A stretch of 64,000 nt of DNA from Tagaea sp. (GTDB lineage: Bacteria; Pseudomonadota; Alphaproteobacteria; CACIAM-22H2), in the NCBI GenBank assembly GCA_965279525.1, contig CBDIIB010000003.1:288001-352000 (forward strand), written 5' to 3'. This document shows positions 41,058 to 51,294 of this stretch, piece by piece. The notes under the pieces are model-generated. The model was not told the origin of the DNA, made no database searches, and worked only from the letters and a program-made list of their open reading frames with translations. A program made the translations under genes and the position numbers. Every line of letters begins with the position of its first letter. Within the stretch, counting starts at the first letter, position 1.

Positions 41058-43122
41058 ACTGCTGCTCGAAATCCTGTCCGAGGAAATCCCGGCGCGCATG
41101 CAGGCGCGTGCGGCGGACGACCTCAAGCGCCTCGTCACCGAGAAGCTGACGGCCGCCGGGCTGACCTTCACGGCCGCGCGCGCGTTCGTGACGCCGCGCC
41201 GCCTCGCGCTCGTCGTTGACGGGCTGCCTGAACGCCAGCCGGACCTGAAGGAAGAAAAGAAGGGCCCGCGCGTCGGCTCGCCCGAGCAGGCCATTCAGGG
41301 TTTCCTGAAGGGTGCAGGGCTCGCCAGCCTCGATGCCTGCGAAAAGCGCGTCGTCGGCAAGGCGGAATTCTGGTTCGCGGTCGTCGAGCGCAAGGGTTCG
41401 GCCACGCGCGATGTGCTTCCCGGCGTCGTCATCGAGGCGATGAAGGCGCTGCCGTGGCCCAAATCGATGCGCGCGGGCACGGCCCGCTTCGCGTGGGTCC
41501 GTCCGATGCAGAGCATCGTGGCGCTGTTCGCCGGCAAGGCGCTGGACGGTGCCTTCGATCTCGGTGGTGCCACCATCCCGTTCGGCGACACGACCGTCGG
41601 CCACCGCTTCATGGCGCCCGCGCGCTTTGCCGTTTCGGATTTCGCCGACTATGCCGCCAAACTGAAAGCCGCCAAGGTCCTCCTCGATCCGGCCGAACGG
41701 CGCGCGAAGATCCTGGCGGACGCGACGGCCGCCGCGACGAAGCTGGGTGTTGCGCTGCGCGACGATCCGGGCCTGCTCGACGAGGTGACCGGGCTGGTCG
41801 AATGGCCGGTCGTCTACGCCGGCGCCATCGACGCAAAATTCATGGACGTGCCCGCTGAAGTGCTCGTCACGTCGATGCGCGCGCACCAGAAGTATTTCGC
41901 CACGCTCAACGCGGACGGTTCGCTCGCCCGCCACTTCGTCGTCGTCGCCAACATGGAAACGTCCGACGGCGGCAAGCTCGTCGTCGCCGGCAACGAGCGC
42001 GTGCTGCGCGCGCGCCTGTCCGACGCCAAGTTCTTCTGGGACCAGGACCGGAAGACCCGGCTCGAAGCGCGGCTGCCGTCGCTCGTGCAGCGCGTGTTCC
42101 ACGCCAAGCTCGGCACGATGGCCGACAAGGTCGCGCGTCTCGAAGCGCTTGCCGAGATCGTTGCACCTTCCGTTGGTGCATCGACGGCCGATGCCGTGCG
42201 CGCGGCAAAGCTCGCCAAGGCCGATCTGTCGTCCGGCATGGTCGGCGAGTTCCCCGAATTGCAGGGCGTGATGGGTCGCTACTACGCGCGCCACGCCGGC
42301 GAGAACGAGGATGTGGCGAACGCGATCCGCGCGCACTACCAGCCGCTCGGCCCCAACGACGATTGCCCGTCCGCACCCGTATCTGTTGCCGTGGCGTTGG
42401 CCGAGAAGATCGACACGCTCGCCGGTTTCTGGAAGATCGACGAAAAACCGACCGGCTCGAAGGATCCGTTCGCGTTGCGCCGTGCGGCCCTCGGCGCCAT
42501 CCGGCTCGTCGTCGAGAACGGGTTGCGCGTAAAGCTGCTCCCGGTCTTTGCCAAGGCGCTTTCGTTCCACGGCTCGGACAAGGAAGCAGCACTCAGCACG
42601 GATCTGCTCGCCTTCTTCGCCGACCGCCTGAAGGTCACGCTCAAGGAAAAGGGCGTGCGCCACGATCTGATCGACGCGGTGTTCGCACTCGGCGGCGAGG
42701 ACGATCTGGTGCGCCTGCTGGCGCGCGTGGAAGCACTCGGTTCGTTCCTCAAGACCGACGATGGCGCCAACCTCCAGGCTGCGTCCAAGCGTGCCTCGAA
42801 CATCCTCGCCATCGAGACCAAGAAGGACGGGCACGGCTACGACGAAGCGCCCGATGCCGGCCGGCTTGTCGAGGCGGAAGAAAAGACGCTTGCCGCGCGT
42901 TTGTCCGCCGTGGAGGCAAGCGTCGCTGCCGCGTTGGCCAAGGAAGATTTCGTCGCGGCAATGGCCGCACTTGCGAGCCTGCGCGCACCGGTCGACGCGT
43001 TCTTCGACAAGGTGACGGTGAACGCCGAGGATCGCGACCTGCGCGCCAACCGTCTCAAGCTGCTTTCGCAGATCCGCCGCACGCTGTCGCAGGTGGCGGA
43101 TTTCGCGCGTATCGAAGGGTAA
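41050..43122 (+). CDS. glyS: Glycine--tRNA ligase beta subunit
   Basis: [35 protein letters not shown] and NRLKLL. Confidence 0.98.
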   Translation: MSELLLEILSEEIPARMQARAADDLKRLVTEKLTAAGLTFTAARAFVTPRRLALVVDGLPERQPDLKEEKKGPRVGSPEQAIQGFLKGAGLASLDACEKRVVGKAEFWFAVVERKGSATRDVLPGVVIEAMKALPWPKSMRAGTARFAWVRPMQSIVALFAGKALDGAFDLGGATIPFGDTTVGHRFMAPARFAVSDFADYAAKLKAAKVLLDPAERRAKILADATAAATKLGVALRDDPGLLDEVTGLVEWPVVYAGAIDAKFMDVPAEVLVTSMRAHQKYFATLNADGSLARHFVVVANMETSDGGKLVVAGNERVLRARLSDAKFFWDQDRKTRLEARLPSLVQRVFHAKLGTMADKVARLEALAEIVAPSVGASTADAVRAAKLAKADLSSGMVGEFPELQGVMGRYYARHAGENEDVANAIRAHYQPLGPNDDCPSAPVSVAVALAEKIDTLAGFWKIDEKPTGSKDPFALRRAALGAIRLVVENGLRVKLLPVFAKALSFHGSDKEAALSTDLLAFFADRLKVTLKEKGVRHDLIDAVFALGGEDDLVRLLARVEALGSFLKTDDGANLQAASKRASNILAIETKKDGHGYDEAPDAGRLVEAEEKTLAARLSAVEASVAAALAKEDFVAAMAALASLRAPVDAFFDKVTVNAEDRDLRANRLKLLSQIRRTLSQVADFARIEG

Positions 43123-43134
43123 GGGAACCGGACC

Positions 43135-46107
43135 ATGGCCAAGTGGGTTTACACGTTCGGAAACGGCAAGGCCGAAGGCAAGTCGGAGATGCGCAATCTC
43201 CTCGGCGGCAAGGGCGCCAATCTCGCCGAGATGAGCAATCTGGGCCTGCCCGTCCCGCCCGGCTTCACGGTCACGACCGAGGTCTGCACCTGGTATTACG
43301 CGAACGGTCGCAGCTATCCGGCCGACCTCAAGGCGCAGGTCGCCACGGCATTGGGCCAGGTCGAGAAGATCGTCGGCCGCCGCTTCGGCGATCCGGCAAA
43401 GCCGCTGCTCGTGTCGGTGCGCTCGGGTGCGCGTGCGTCGATGCCGGGCATGATGGATACCGTCCTCAATCTCGGCCTCAACGACGCGACGGTCGAGGGG
43501 CTGGCGAAGGAAAGCGGCGACGCGCGCTTTGCCTACGATTCCTATCGCCGCTTCATCCAGATGTACGGCGACGTCGTGCTCGAGGTCGACCACCACCATT
43601 TCGAGGACCTGCTCGAGACCGCCAAGTCCGATCGTGGCTTCACGCTCGATACCGAGATGTCGGCCAATGACTGGAAGGCGCTGGTCGCCGATTACATGGC
43701 GATGGTCGAGCGCGAGATCGGCAAGCCCTTCCCGCAGGACCCGCACGAGCAGCTCTGGGGGGCCGTGGGTGCGGTGTTCGCGAGCTGGATGAACCAGCGC
43801 GCCAATACCTACCGCCGCCTGCATCAGATCCCCGAGGAGTGGGGAACGGCCGTCAACGTGCAGGCGATGGTCTTCGGCAACATGGGCGAGGACTGCGCGA
43901 CCGGTGTCGCCTTCACGCGCGATCCGTCGACCGGCGAGAACGCGTTCTACGGCGAGTTCCTGATCAACGCGCAGGGCGAGGACGTCGTCGCGGGCATCCG
44001 CACGCCGCAGCAGCTGACTGTCGCGGGCCGCCAGAAGCAGGGTGCGAGGCTTCCTTCGATGGAAGAGGCGATGCCCGAGACCTACGGCCAGCTCTGCCTG
44101 ATCCGCGACCGGCTGGAGCGCCACTACCGCGAGATCCAGGACATCGAGTTCACGGTCGAGAAGGGCAAGCTGTGGATGCTGCAGACGCGCAACGGCAAGC
44201 GCACCGCTGCCGCCGCCCTGCGCATCGCCGTCGAGATGGCCGAGGAAGGCCTGATCGACCACAAGACCGCCGTGGGCCGGATTGATCCGGCCTCGCTCGA
44301 CCAACTCCTCCATCCCACGCTCGATCCCAAGGCGCCGCGCACGCGCCTGACGCGCGCGTTGCCGGCGTCGCCCGGTGCGGCATCCGGCATCGTGTCGTTC
44401 TCGGCCGACGAGGCCGAGCAGCTTGCCGCCACCGGCAAGTCGATCATCCTCGTGCGCATCGAGACGAGCCCGGAAGACATCCACGGCATGCATGCCGCGC
44501 GCGGCATCCTGACGACGCGTGGCGGCATGACGAGCCATGCCGCCGTCGTGGCGCGCGGCATGGGCCGCGCGTGCGTGGCCGGTGCCGGCGAGATCCGCGT
44601 CGATTATGCGCAGCGCACGATGACCGTGAAGGGCCAGACCATCAAGGCCGGCGAGTTCCTGACCATCGATGGCGGGACGGGCGAAGTGTTCCTGGGCGAA
44701 GTGCCCACCGTGCAGCCCGAACTGTCGGGCCATTTCGCGCGCATCATGGAATGGGCCGACGGTTTCCGGCGCATGAAGGTGCGCACGAATGCCGAAACGC
44801 CGCTCGACGCGCGCACCGCGCGCCGCTTCGGCGCCGAGGGTATCGGCCTGTGCCGGACCGAGCACATGTTCTTCGAGCCTTCGCGCATCCTTGCCGTGCG
44901 CGAGATGATCGTCGCCGACGACGCGGCGGCGCGTGCGGCGGCACTCGCCAAGATCATGCCGTTCCAGCGCGCGGATTTCGTCGAGCTGTTCGCCATCATG
45001 GCGGGCCTGCCCGTGACGATCCGCCTGCTCGATCCGCCGCTGCACGAGTTCCTGCCGCATGCCGAGGCGGACTTCGCCGAGCTGGCGCGCGTGACCGGCA
45101 AGAGCGTGGCCGAGGTCCGCGCGCGCGCCGAGAAGCTGACCGAAAGCAACCCGATGCTCGGCCATCGCGGCTGCCGACTGGCGGTCACGTATCCCGAGAT
45201 CTACATGATGCAGGCGCGCGCGATCTTCGAGGCGGCTGTGCTCGTCGCCAAGGAAAAGGGCGAGACGGTCGAGCCGGAAATCATGATCCCGCTCGTCGCG
45301 ATGAAGCGCGAGCTCGACGTGATGCGCGACCACATCGCCAAGGTCCATGCCGAGGTCGAGGCGGCCACGGGGGCGAAGATCCATTATTCGCTCGGCACGA
45401 TGATCGAGCTGCCGCGCGCGGCGTTGCGCGCAGCCGAGATTGCCGAGACGGCCGAGTTCTTCTCGTTCGGCACCAACGACCTCACGCAGACCACGTTCGG
45501 CCTGTCGCGCGACGACGCGTCCAACTTCCTGGGCGCCTACGAGACGCAGAAGATCCTCGCGCGCGATCCGTTCGTCACGCTCGATCAGGACGGCGTGGGC
45601 GAACTCGTCAAGATCGCGTGCGAGCGCGGCCGGGCGACGCGCGCCGACATCAAGCTCGGCATCTGCGGCGAGCATGGCGGCGATCCGGCCTCGATCCATT
45701 TCTGCGAGGGCGCCGGCCTCGACTATGTCTCGTGCTCGCCCTACCGCGTGCCGATCGCGCGTCTGGCGGCAGCACAAGCCGCCCTTGCCGCCGATGCGGC
45801 CCCGGCCAAGGCGAAGCCGCATGTCAAGAAATCGGCCGGCGTTCCCGACCGCCATGCGCGCGTGCGCCTGGGTTCCGGGCGAAGGGCCGCTGCCGCGCGC
45901 GTCTCGGTCGGGCGCGGCTTCTCGGCGCCGGCGGCCCGCATGGGCGTGAAGAAGGCATCCAAGCCCGTTGCCGCGAAGAAGCCGGTCGCGAAGAAGGCGA
46001 AGCCTGTCGCCAAGAAGAAGCCGGCCATCAAGAAGGTCGCGGTGAAGAAGTCCGTGCGCAAGCCGGTGCCCAAGAAGAAGGGTGCCAAGAAGGGCAAGCG
46101 CAAGTGA
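43135..46107 (+). CDS. ppdK: Pyruvate, phosphate dikinase with a long basic C-terminal extension
   Basis: LGGKGANLAEM, phospho-His motif GGMTSHAAVVAR, GIGLCRTEHMF, SFGTNDLTQ and GICGEHGG. Confidence 0.98.
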   Translation: MAKWVYTFGNGKAEGKSEMRNLLGGKGANLAEMSNLGLPVPPGFTVTTEVCTWYYANGRSYPADLKAQVATALGQVEKIVGRRFGDPAKPLLVSVRSGARASMPGMMDTVLNLGLNDATVEGLAKESGDARFAYDSYRRFIQMYGDVVLEVDHHHFEDLLETAKSDRGFTLDTEMSANDWKALVADYMAMVEREIGKPFPQDPHEQLWGAVGAVFASWMNQRANTYRRLHQIPEEWGTAVNVQAMVFGNMGEDCATGVAFTRDPSTGENAFYGEFLINAQGEDVVAGIRTPQQLTVAGRQKQGARLPSMEEAMPETYGQLCLIRDRLERHYREIQDIEFTVEKGKLWMLQTRNGKRTAAAALRIAVEMAEEGLIDHKTAVGRIDPASLDQLLHPTLDPKAPRTRLTRALPASPGAASGIVSFSADEAEQLAATGKSIILVRIETSPEDIHGMHAARGILTTRGGMTSHAAVVARGMGRACVAGAGEIRVDYAQRTMTVKGQTIKAGEFLTIDGGTGEVFLGEVPTVQPELSGHFARIMEWADGFRRMKVRTNAETPLDARTARRFGAEGIGLCRTEHMFFEPSRILAVREMIVADDAAARAAALAKIMPFQRADFVELFAIMAGLPVTIRLLDPPLHEFLPHAEADFAELARVTGKSVAEVRARAEKLTESNPMLGHRGCRLAVTYPEIYMMQARAIFEAAVLVAKEKGETVEPEIMIPLVAMKRELDVMRDHIAKVHAEVEAATGAKIHYSLGTMIELPRAALRAAEIAETAEFFSFGTNDLTQTTFGLSRDDASNFLGAYETQKILARDPFVTLDQDGVGELVKIACERGRATRADIKLGICGEHGGDPASIHFCEGAGLDYVSCSPYRVPIARLAAAQAALAADAAPAKAKPHVKKSAGVPDRHARVRLGSGRRAAAARVSVGRGFSAPAARMGVKKASKPVAAKKPVAKKAKPVAKKKPAIKKVAVKKSVRKPVPKKKGAKKGKRK

Positions 46108-46523
46108 GCGCCGATCCTTCCTGCGTCTTCTGCAAGATCGTCGCGGGCGCCATCCCGAGCCACAGGATCTGTGAGGATGCGCGCAGCTTCGCGTTCCTCG
46201 ACATCAACCCCGCCAATCGCGGGCATGCGCTGGTGATCCCGAAGGCGCATGCGCCCGATCTCGTCGCCAGCGACGATGTCGATCTCGCCGCCGTGATGGC
46301 CACGGTCCGGCGCGTGGCCGCCGCCGTCGAGAAGGTCGTGAAGCCCGACGGCTTCAACCTGCTGCAGGCCAACGGGCCGGGTGCCGCACAGTCGGTGCTG
46401 CATTTCCACATGCACGTCGTGCCGCGCAAAATGAACGACGGCCTGATGATGAACTGGCCGCTGGTGCCCGGCGACCACAAGGAACTTGCGGCCCTCGCCG
46501 CCGAGATCCGCGCCGTCCTCTAG
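46104..46523 (+). CDS. HIT family protein
   Basis: CVFCKIV, GHALVIPK and histidine triad HFHMHVVP; GTGA overlap with ppdK. Confidence 0.93.
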   Translation: MSADPSCVFCKIVAGAIPSHRICEDARSFAFLDINPANRGHALVIPKAHAPDLVASDDVDLAAVMATVRRVAAAVEKVVKPDGFNLLQANGPGAAQSVLHFHMHVVPRKMNDGLMMNWPLVPGDHKELAALAAEIRAVL

Positions 46524-47416
46524 AAATTCGCCCAGCCGGGCTTGTGCGGCGTGAGCTTCGCGTCGCCCGCGACGAGTGTGGCGCCGTCCGCCGCCGCTTT
46601 CTCGACCGCTTCGATGCGCAGCAAGGCGAGCCCGAGATTGCCGGCGGCCGAGCGCATCTCGCCGGCTTCCGCGTCGCCCAGCATCACGCGTGTCCCGAAG
46701 GGCGGAGCGGGGCCGTCGATGCGCACGGGCATCAGTCGCTTGCGGATGAGGGCGCGGTACTTCATCCGCGCGGTCACTTCCTGGCCGACATAGCAGCCCT
46801 TCTTCCAGTCCACGCCGCCCAGTTCGTCGAAGCCGTTTTCCAGCAGCAGCGCGTCTTCCACGCCAAGGTCGCGGCTGCCGTCGGGCACGCCGTGCGCGAG
46901 GCGCAAGGCGTCGTAGGCGCCGGCATCCACAGTCGCGAAGCCATGTGCGGCGGCAAGCTCGCCGATTGCCGCAGGCGGCACCAGGGCACGCACGCCGAGG
47001 GCCGGCAGGCGCGGATCGACATAGACGGCACCGCCGGCCAGCTCTTTCGCGGCCCCGGCCTCTTCGGCCAAGCCGAACGTGGCTGCCGCATTTTCGCCCC
47101 AGAAGGCCGCCACAACGAGGCCGGCAGAGGGGGCGAGCGAGACCTTGGCGCGCAGCTTGTACAGCTTCAGGCGACGGGCGAGATCGTCGAGGCGGGCCGC
47201 CTCGGCATCGAGCTGGATCGTCTCGCCGACGGCAAGCATGAAGAACTCGTGCAGGAAGCGCCCCTGTGCGGTCAGGAAGCCCGCATGGCGCGCGTGCCCG
47301 CCATCGACCTTCGTGGCATCGCTCGACACGAGGCCCTGCAGGAAGGTCTGGCGGTCGTCGCCGGCCACGCCAAGGGCGGCGCGGGCGGGCAGCAGGGCAT
47401 GGAAGCGTTCGGTCAT
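46520..47416 (-). CDS. ygfZ: Folate-binding Fe-S maturation protein YgfZ
   Basis: FLQGLV and signature KGCYVGQEVTAR. Confidence 0.93.
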   Translation of the reverse strand: MTERFHALLPARAALGVAGDDRQTFLQGLVSSDATKVDGGHARHAGFLTAQGRFLHEFFMLAVGETIQLDAEAARLDDLARRLKLYKLRAKVSLAPSAGLVVAAFWGENAAATFGLAEEAGAAKELAGGAVYVDPRLPALGVRALVPPAAIGELAAAHGFATVDAGAYDALRLAHGVPDGSRDLGVEDALLLENGFDELGGVDWKKGCYVGQEVTARMKYRALIRKRLMPVRIDGPAPPFGTRVMLGDAEAGEMRSAAGNLGLALLRIEAVEKAAADGATLVAGDAKLTPHKPGWANF

Positions 47417-47473
47417 GGTCCGGTCCGGGGGGAAAATCGGCGTCAGGACAGCAGTTAAGCACCCCGCCCGCGC

Positions 47474-47502
47474 TTGGCAAGGGCCGGGGCGGGGCCTATA
47501 AG
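47474..47502 (+). promoter_or_regulatory. Putative sigma70 promoter for a leaderless glycosyltransferase transcript
   Basis: TTGGCA-N17-TATAAG with the ATG 7 nt downstream and no SD. Confidence 0.55.
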
Positions 47503-47509
47503 GCCAGAT

Positions 47510-48541
47510 ATGACAAAGCGCATCTGCTTCATCGAAGATTCGATCGAATTCGACGGCTACAGCCCGACCAGCCGCCCGCTGGACGGGCCGCAGAAGGCGT
47601 TGGCCTACCTGTCCGGGGCGCTCGCCCAGCGCGGGCACCAGGTGACCGTCATCAACCGGGCCTACATGCCGCTGACCTGTGACGGCGTGTCGTGGCCGGG
47701 CTGGTCGGGCGAGAAGCCGGCCTCCACGGACCTGCTGGTCGCGGTCGGCGATGCGGCCCTGTTCGATCTCGTGCCGGCCGCCGAGCGCCGCCTGCTGTGG
47801 GTGCCCGGTGATCCGGCCGAGATCTTGCTGCCCGCGCGCGCGGCCGCGATCGCGCGCATCCGGCCCGATCTCGTCTTCCACACGCATTCGCAGCGCGAGC
47901 GCTGGACGAATCTCGAAGGCCTCGCCACGCACATCGTCGGCCCGGGGATCGCGTCCTCGTATCTCGAGGACCTGACGGCCGTGCCGTCGAACCCGCCGCG
48001 CGCGATCGTGGTGTGCCATCCGCTCGCCGGGCTCGAACGGCTCGTGCGGCTGTGGACCGATCGCGTGCGCGTCACGCTTCCGACGGCGGAGCTGCATGTC
48101 TATTCCGCCCGCCTCGACAAGGCGATCCTGGGCGGCGACGTGCCGGGCGACTTGAAGGCGATCCACGATCTGGTCCGAGCGTCGGGTGGCGTCGAGGTCC
48201 AGCGCCCGCTGCCCGATCCGCAGCTTGCCGACGCCTATCGTGCCGCACGCCTGTTCCTGCATCCGGGCCTGCTGGACGAAGTGCTGGCCTTCAACCTGAT
48301 GGAAGCCCAGGCGGCGGGCCTGCCGGCCGTATCGTTCGCCAGCGGGGCGCTCGCGCGCGAGCGCATCATCGACGGGCAGACCGGGCGCATCTGCGACGAC
48401 GACGCGGCGTTCGCGGTCGCATGCGTCGAACTGATGACACAGGAGGAATCCTGGCGCGCGATGGCCGACAAGGCGCGCGAACTCCAGCGCGGCCGGAGCT
48501 GGGCGGTCGTCGCCGCCGAATGGGAAGAGAAATTCGCGTGA
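47510..48541 (+). CDS. Glycosyltransferase, GT4-like
   Basis: LAQRGHQVTV; EX7E motif EVLAFNLMEAQAAGLP; paralog of 50263-51294. Confidence 0.8.
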   Translation: MTKRICFIEDSIEFDGYSPTSRPLDGPQKALAYLSGALAQRGHQVTVINRAYMPLTCDGVSWPGWSGEKPASTDLLVAVGDAALFDLVPAAERRLLWVPGDPAEILLPARAAAIARIRPDLVFHTHSQRERWTNLEGLATHIVGPGIASSYLEDLTAVPSNPPRAIVVCHPLAGLERLVRLWTDRVRVTLPTAELHVYSARLDKAILGGDVPGDLKAIHDLVRASGGVEVQRPLPDPQLADAYRAARLFLHPGLLDEVLAFNLMEAQAAGLPAVSFASGALARERIIDGQTGRICDDDAAFAVACVELMTQEESWRAMADKARELQRGRSWAVVAAEWEEKFA

Positions 48542-49494
48542 AGGTGCTGTTCGTCACATCCAACCGGATTGGCGACGCGATGCTGACGACGGGCGTGCTC
48601 GCCCACCTCGTCGATACGATGCCCGAGGCGCGCTTCACGGTCGCCTGCGGCCCGCTGGCGGCCCCGCTTTTCGTGTCCCTGCCGCGGCTCGACGCGACGA
48701 TCGGACTGCACAAGGGGCCGGGGAAGCTTCACTGGCTGTCGCTCTGGGCACAGACGGTCGCCACGTACTGGGATCTCGTCGTCGACATGCGCGGTTCGGG
48801 CCTTGCCTGGCTGCTCGCGGCCCGGCGCCGCGCGGTCCTGGGTGCCCGCGATCCGTCGCTCCATCGCGTCGAATCCGCCGCCAAGGTCCTCGGCATTTCG
48901 CCTGCACCCTCGCCGCGCCTGTGGCTAGACGATACGGCACGGTCGGCCGCACGCGGGATTCTCGGCGACGGCCAGATCCTCGTGCTGGGGGCGACCGCGA
49001 ACTGGGGCGGCAAGATCTGGCCAGCCGACCGCTTCGCCGCGCTTGCCGAGACGCTGGTCGCACCGGGCGGTGCGCTCGCCGGTGCGCGCGTCGCGGTCGT
49101 CGGCGGCCCGGGCGAACGCGAGATCGCGGTGCCGCTGCTGGCCCGCCTGGGGCCTTCGTGCATCGATCTGGTCGGCACGCAGCCGCTCGGCATCGTCGCC
49201 GCAGCCATCGCACAGGCCTCGCTCTATGTCGGCAACGATTCCGGCCTCATGCATGTCGCGGCGGCATCGGGCGTGCCCACGCTCGGCCTGTTCGGCCCGT
49301 CGGACGACCGGCACTTCCGTCCGTGGGGAGAAAACGCCGCCTTCCTGCGTACTGTCGAAAGCAAGGACGAACTGTTCGCGCGCATCGAGTACCAGCCGCG
49401 TGGCGCGTCTTCGCTTATGGAGTCGATCTCGGTCGACGCGGCGACGGAAGCGGCCGGCGAACTCTACGCACGCTGCACGAGGCAGGCAGCATGA
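48538..49494 (+). CDS. Glycosyltransferase family 9 (heptosyltransferase-like)
   Basis: RIGDAML, K.WP.DRF and VGNDSGLMHVAAA.GVPTLGLFGP. Confidence 0.9.
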   Translation: MKVLFVTSNRIGDAMLTTGVLAHLVDTMPEARFTVACGPLAAPLFVSLPRLDATIGLHKGPGKLHWLSLWAQTVATYWDLVVDMRGSGLAWLLAARRRAVLGARDPSLHRVESAAKVLGISPAPSPRLWLDDTARSAARGILGDGQILVLGATANWGGKIWPADRFAALAETLVAPGGALAGARVAVVGGPGEREIAVPLLARLGPSCIDLVGTQPLGIVAAAIAQASLYVGNDSGLMHVAAASGVPTLGLFGPSDDRHFRPWGENAAFLRTVESKDELFARIEYQPRGASSLMESISVDAATEAAGELYARCTRQAA

Positions 49495-50258
49495 CGGCAC
49501 CCCGCCTGTCCGCCCTGATCGTCGCGCGCAACGAGGAAGGGCGGCTGCCCAGGTGCCTGTCGGCACTCGCCTTCGCCGACGAGATCGTCGTGGTGCTCGA
49601 CCGCACGACCGACGCGAGCCGTTCGATCGCCGAGAATGCCGGCGCACGCGTGCTTGAAGGCGGCTGGGAGCGCGAGGGCGACCGGCGCAACGCGGGCATC
49701 GGGTTCTGCGGCGGCGACTGGATCCTCGAAGTGGATGCCGACGAGCATGTCAGCCCCGAGCTGGCCGCCGAGATCCGAGCCACGGTCGCGTCAAGCACGG
49801 CGGCCCGCCATTCGATCCCGGTCGACAACCATATCGGCACGCGGCTCGTGCGCTACGGTTGGGGTGCTTCGTTCGGCAAGTCGGCCTATTGGGGCCTGTT
49901 CCGCAAGGGGACCAAGACCTGGGGCCGCGAGCGCGTGCATCCCAAGCTGACCTTGTCCGGCGAGGCGGGCGCAGCCCTGTCCGCACCCCTGCAGCACGAA
50001 GTCGACCGCAACCTCTCCGAAACGATCCGCCGGCTCGACCGTTACAGCTCGGCACGCGCGGCCGACCTGCGCGAGCACGGCGATCCCGATCCCACGTCGC
50101 GCTACGTGCGCCGCTTCTTCTCGCGCTTCTGGAAATGCTACGTCGCGCGCCGAGGCTATCGCGAGGGCGGCTACGGCCTCGTCATCGCCGCTCTCGCCGG
50201 ACTGTTCCCGCTCGTGTCGCACCTGAAGGCGCGATACGAATCCGACGGGCAGGGCTGA
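49491..50258 (+). CDS. Glycosyltransferase family 2 (WaaE/KdtX-like)
   Basis: LIVARNEE, ADEIVVV, WILEVDADE and VHP. Confidence 0.88.
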   Translation: MTAPRLSALIVARNEEGRLPRCLSALAFADEIVVVLDRTTDASRSIAENAGARVLEGGWEREGDRRNAGIGFCGGDWILEVDADEHVSPELAAEIRATVASSTAARHSIPVDNHIGTRLVRYGWGASFGKSAYWGLFRKGTKTWGRERVHPKLTLSGEAGAALSAPLQHEVDRNLSETIRRLDRYSSARAADLREHGDPDPTSRYVRRFFSRFWKCYVARRGYREGGYGLVIAALAGLFPLVSHLKARYESDGQG

Positions 50259-50262
50259 GGAG

Positions 50263-51294
50263 ATGGCCCGGATCGTCCTTGCCGACGACGGCATCGCGTT
50301 CGACGGACGGTCGGCCGAAACGGGTGCGGCGGGCGGCGCCGAGACCGCCTTCGTGAAACTCGCCGAGGGGCTGGCGCGCAACCACGCCGTAAGCGCCTTC
50401 ACGCGCGGGGGCGGCACGTTCTCCCATCGCGGTGTCGCGTGGGCCGATTTCGCGGCAGGCGTGCCGGACGACGCGGACCTCTACATCGCCAATCGCGGCC
50501 ACAGGCTGCTCGACCTCGTGCCCAAGGCACGGCGCACGCTTTTCTGGCTGCACAACGACGCGCGCTATCTCCTCAAGTACCGCTATCTGTCTCGTCTGTG
50601 GCGCCGGCGGCCGGGCCTGGTTTTCGTCAGCAAGTCCCACGCCGCATCCGCCCCGCGCTGGGTTCCCGACGGCGGCCGCCACGTGATTCCGCTCGGCCTC
50701 GACGACATGTTCCGCGGCGAAGCCGAGCGCGCGGCACCGCCGCGCACGGCGCTCTATGCGGCAAACCCGCTGCGCGGCCTCGACGAACTCGTCCAGCTCT
50801 GGTCGCGCCATGTGGCGCAGGCCGTACCCGACGCGCGCCTCGACGTGCTCAGCGGTGACGGACTCTATGGCGGGGCGGGCAAGGCGCCCGCGATCGCACG
50901 CATGGAATCGGTCCTGGGCGTGGCGCGTGCCGCGGCGGGACGGCAACTCGGGCTGGGCGGCTTCGTGCCACGTGCCGATCTGCCCGACCGGTTGCGCCGC
51001 ACGCGGGTCTATCTCTATCCGGGCGATCAGACCGAGACGTTCTGCCTGTCGGTCGCCGAGGCGCAGGCCATGGGCGTGCCGTGCGTCGTGCGCGCGCGCG
51101 GCGCACTTGCCGAGCGTGTGATCGACGGCAAGACCGGCTTCGTGGCGCGCAACGAGGCGGAGTTCGGTGCCGCCGCCATCCGCCTGCTCGTCGACGACGG
51201 CCTGTGGCTTGCCCAGCACCGCGCATGCCTCGCCACGCAGCGTTCGCGCGGCTGGACCGACATGGCCGACGATTTCGACGCGCTGCTCGCATGA
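50263..51294 (+). CDS. Glycosyltransferase family 4
   Basis: GGAETAF, NPLRGL and ETFCLSVAEAQAMGVP. Confidence 0.88.
   Translation: MARIVLADDGIAFDGRSAETGAAGGAETAFVKLAEGLARNHAVSAFTRGGGTFSHRGVAWADFAAGVPDDADLYIANRGHRLLDLVPKARRTLFWLHNDARYLLKYRYLSRLWRRRPGLVFVSKSHAASAPRWVPDGGRHVIPLGLDDMFRGEAERAAPPRTALYAANPLRGLDELVQLWSRHVAQAVPDARLDVLSGDGLYGGAGKAPAIARMESVLGVARAAAGRQLGLGGFVPRADLPDRLRRTRVYLYPGDQTETFCLSVAEAQAMGVPCVVRARGALAERVIDGKTGFVARNEAEFGAAAIRLLVDDGLWLAQHRACLATQRSRGWTDMADDFDALLA

Noticed and set aside
40966-45855. Very long antisense ORFs (e.g. 1629 aa here; also 2146-5160, 22685-26686, 29072-31687)
   Set aside because: They are shadows of GC3-biased real genes on the opposite strand, are Arg/Ala-rich and carry no motifs.
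46520-46523. Repeated CTAG shared-stop overlaps of convergent genes (also 56025-56028 and 63881-63884)
   Set aside because: A common outcome of compact gene packing; no further signal.
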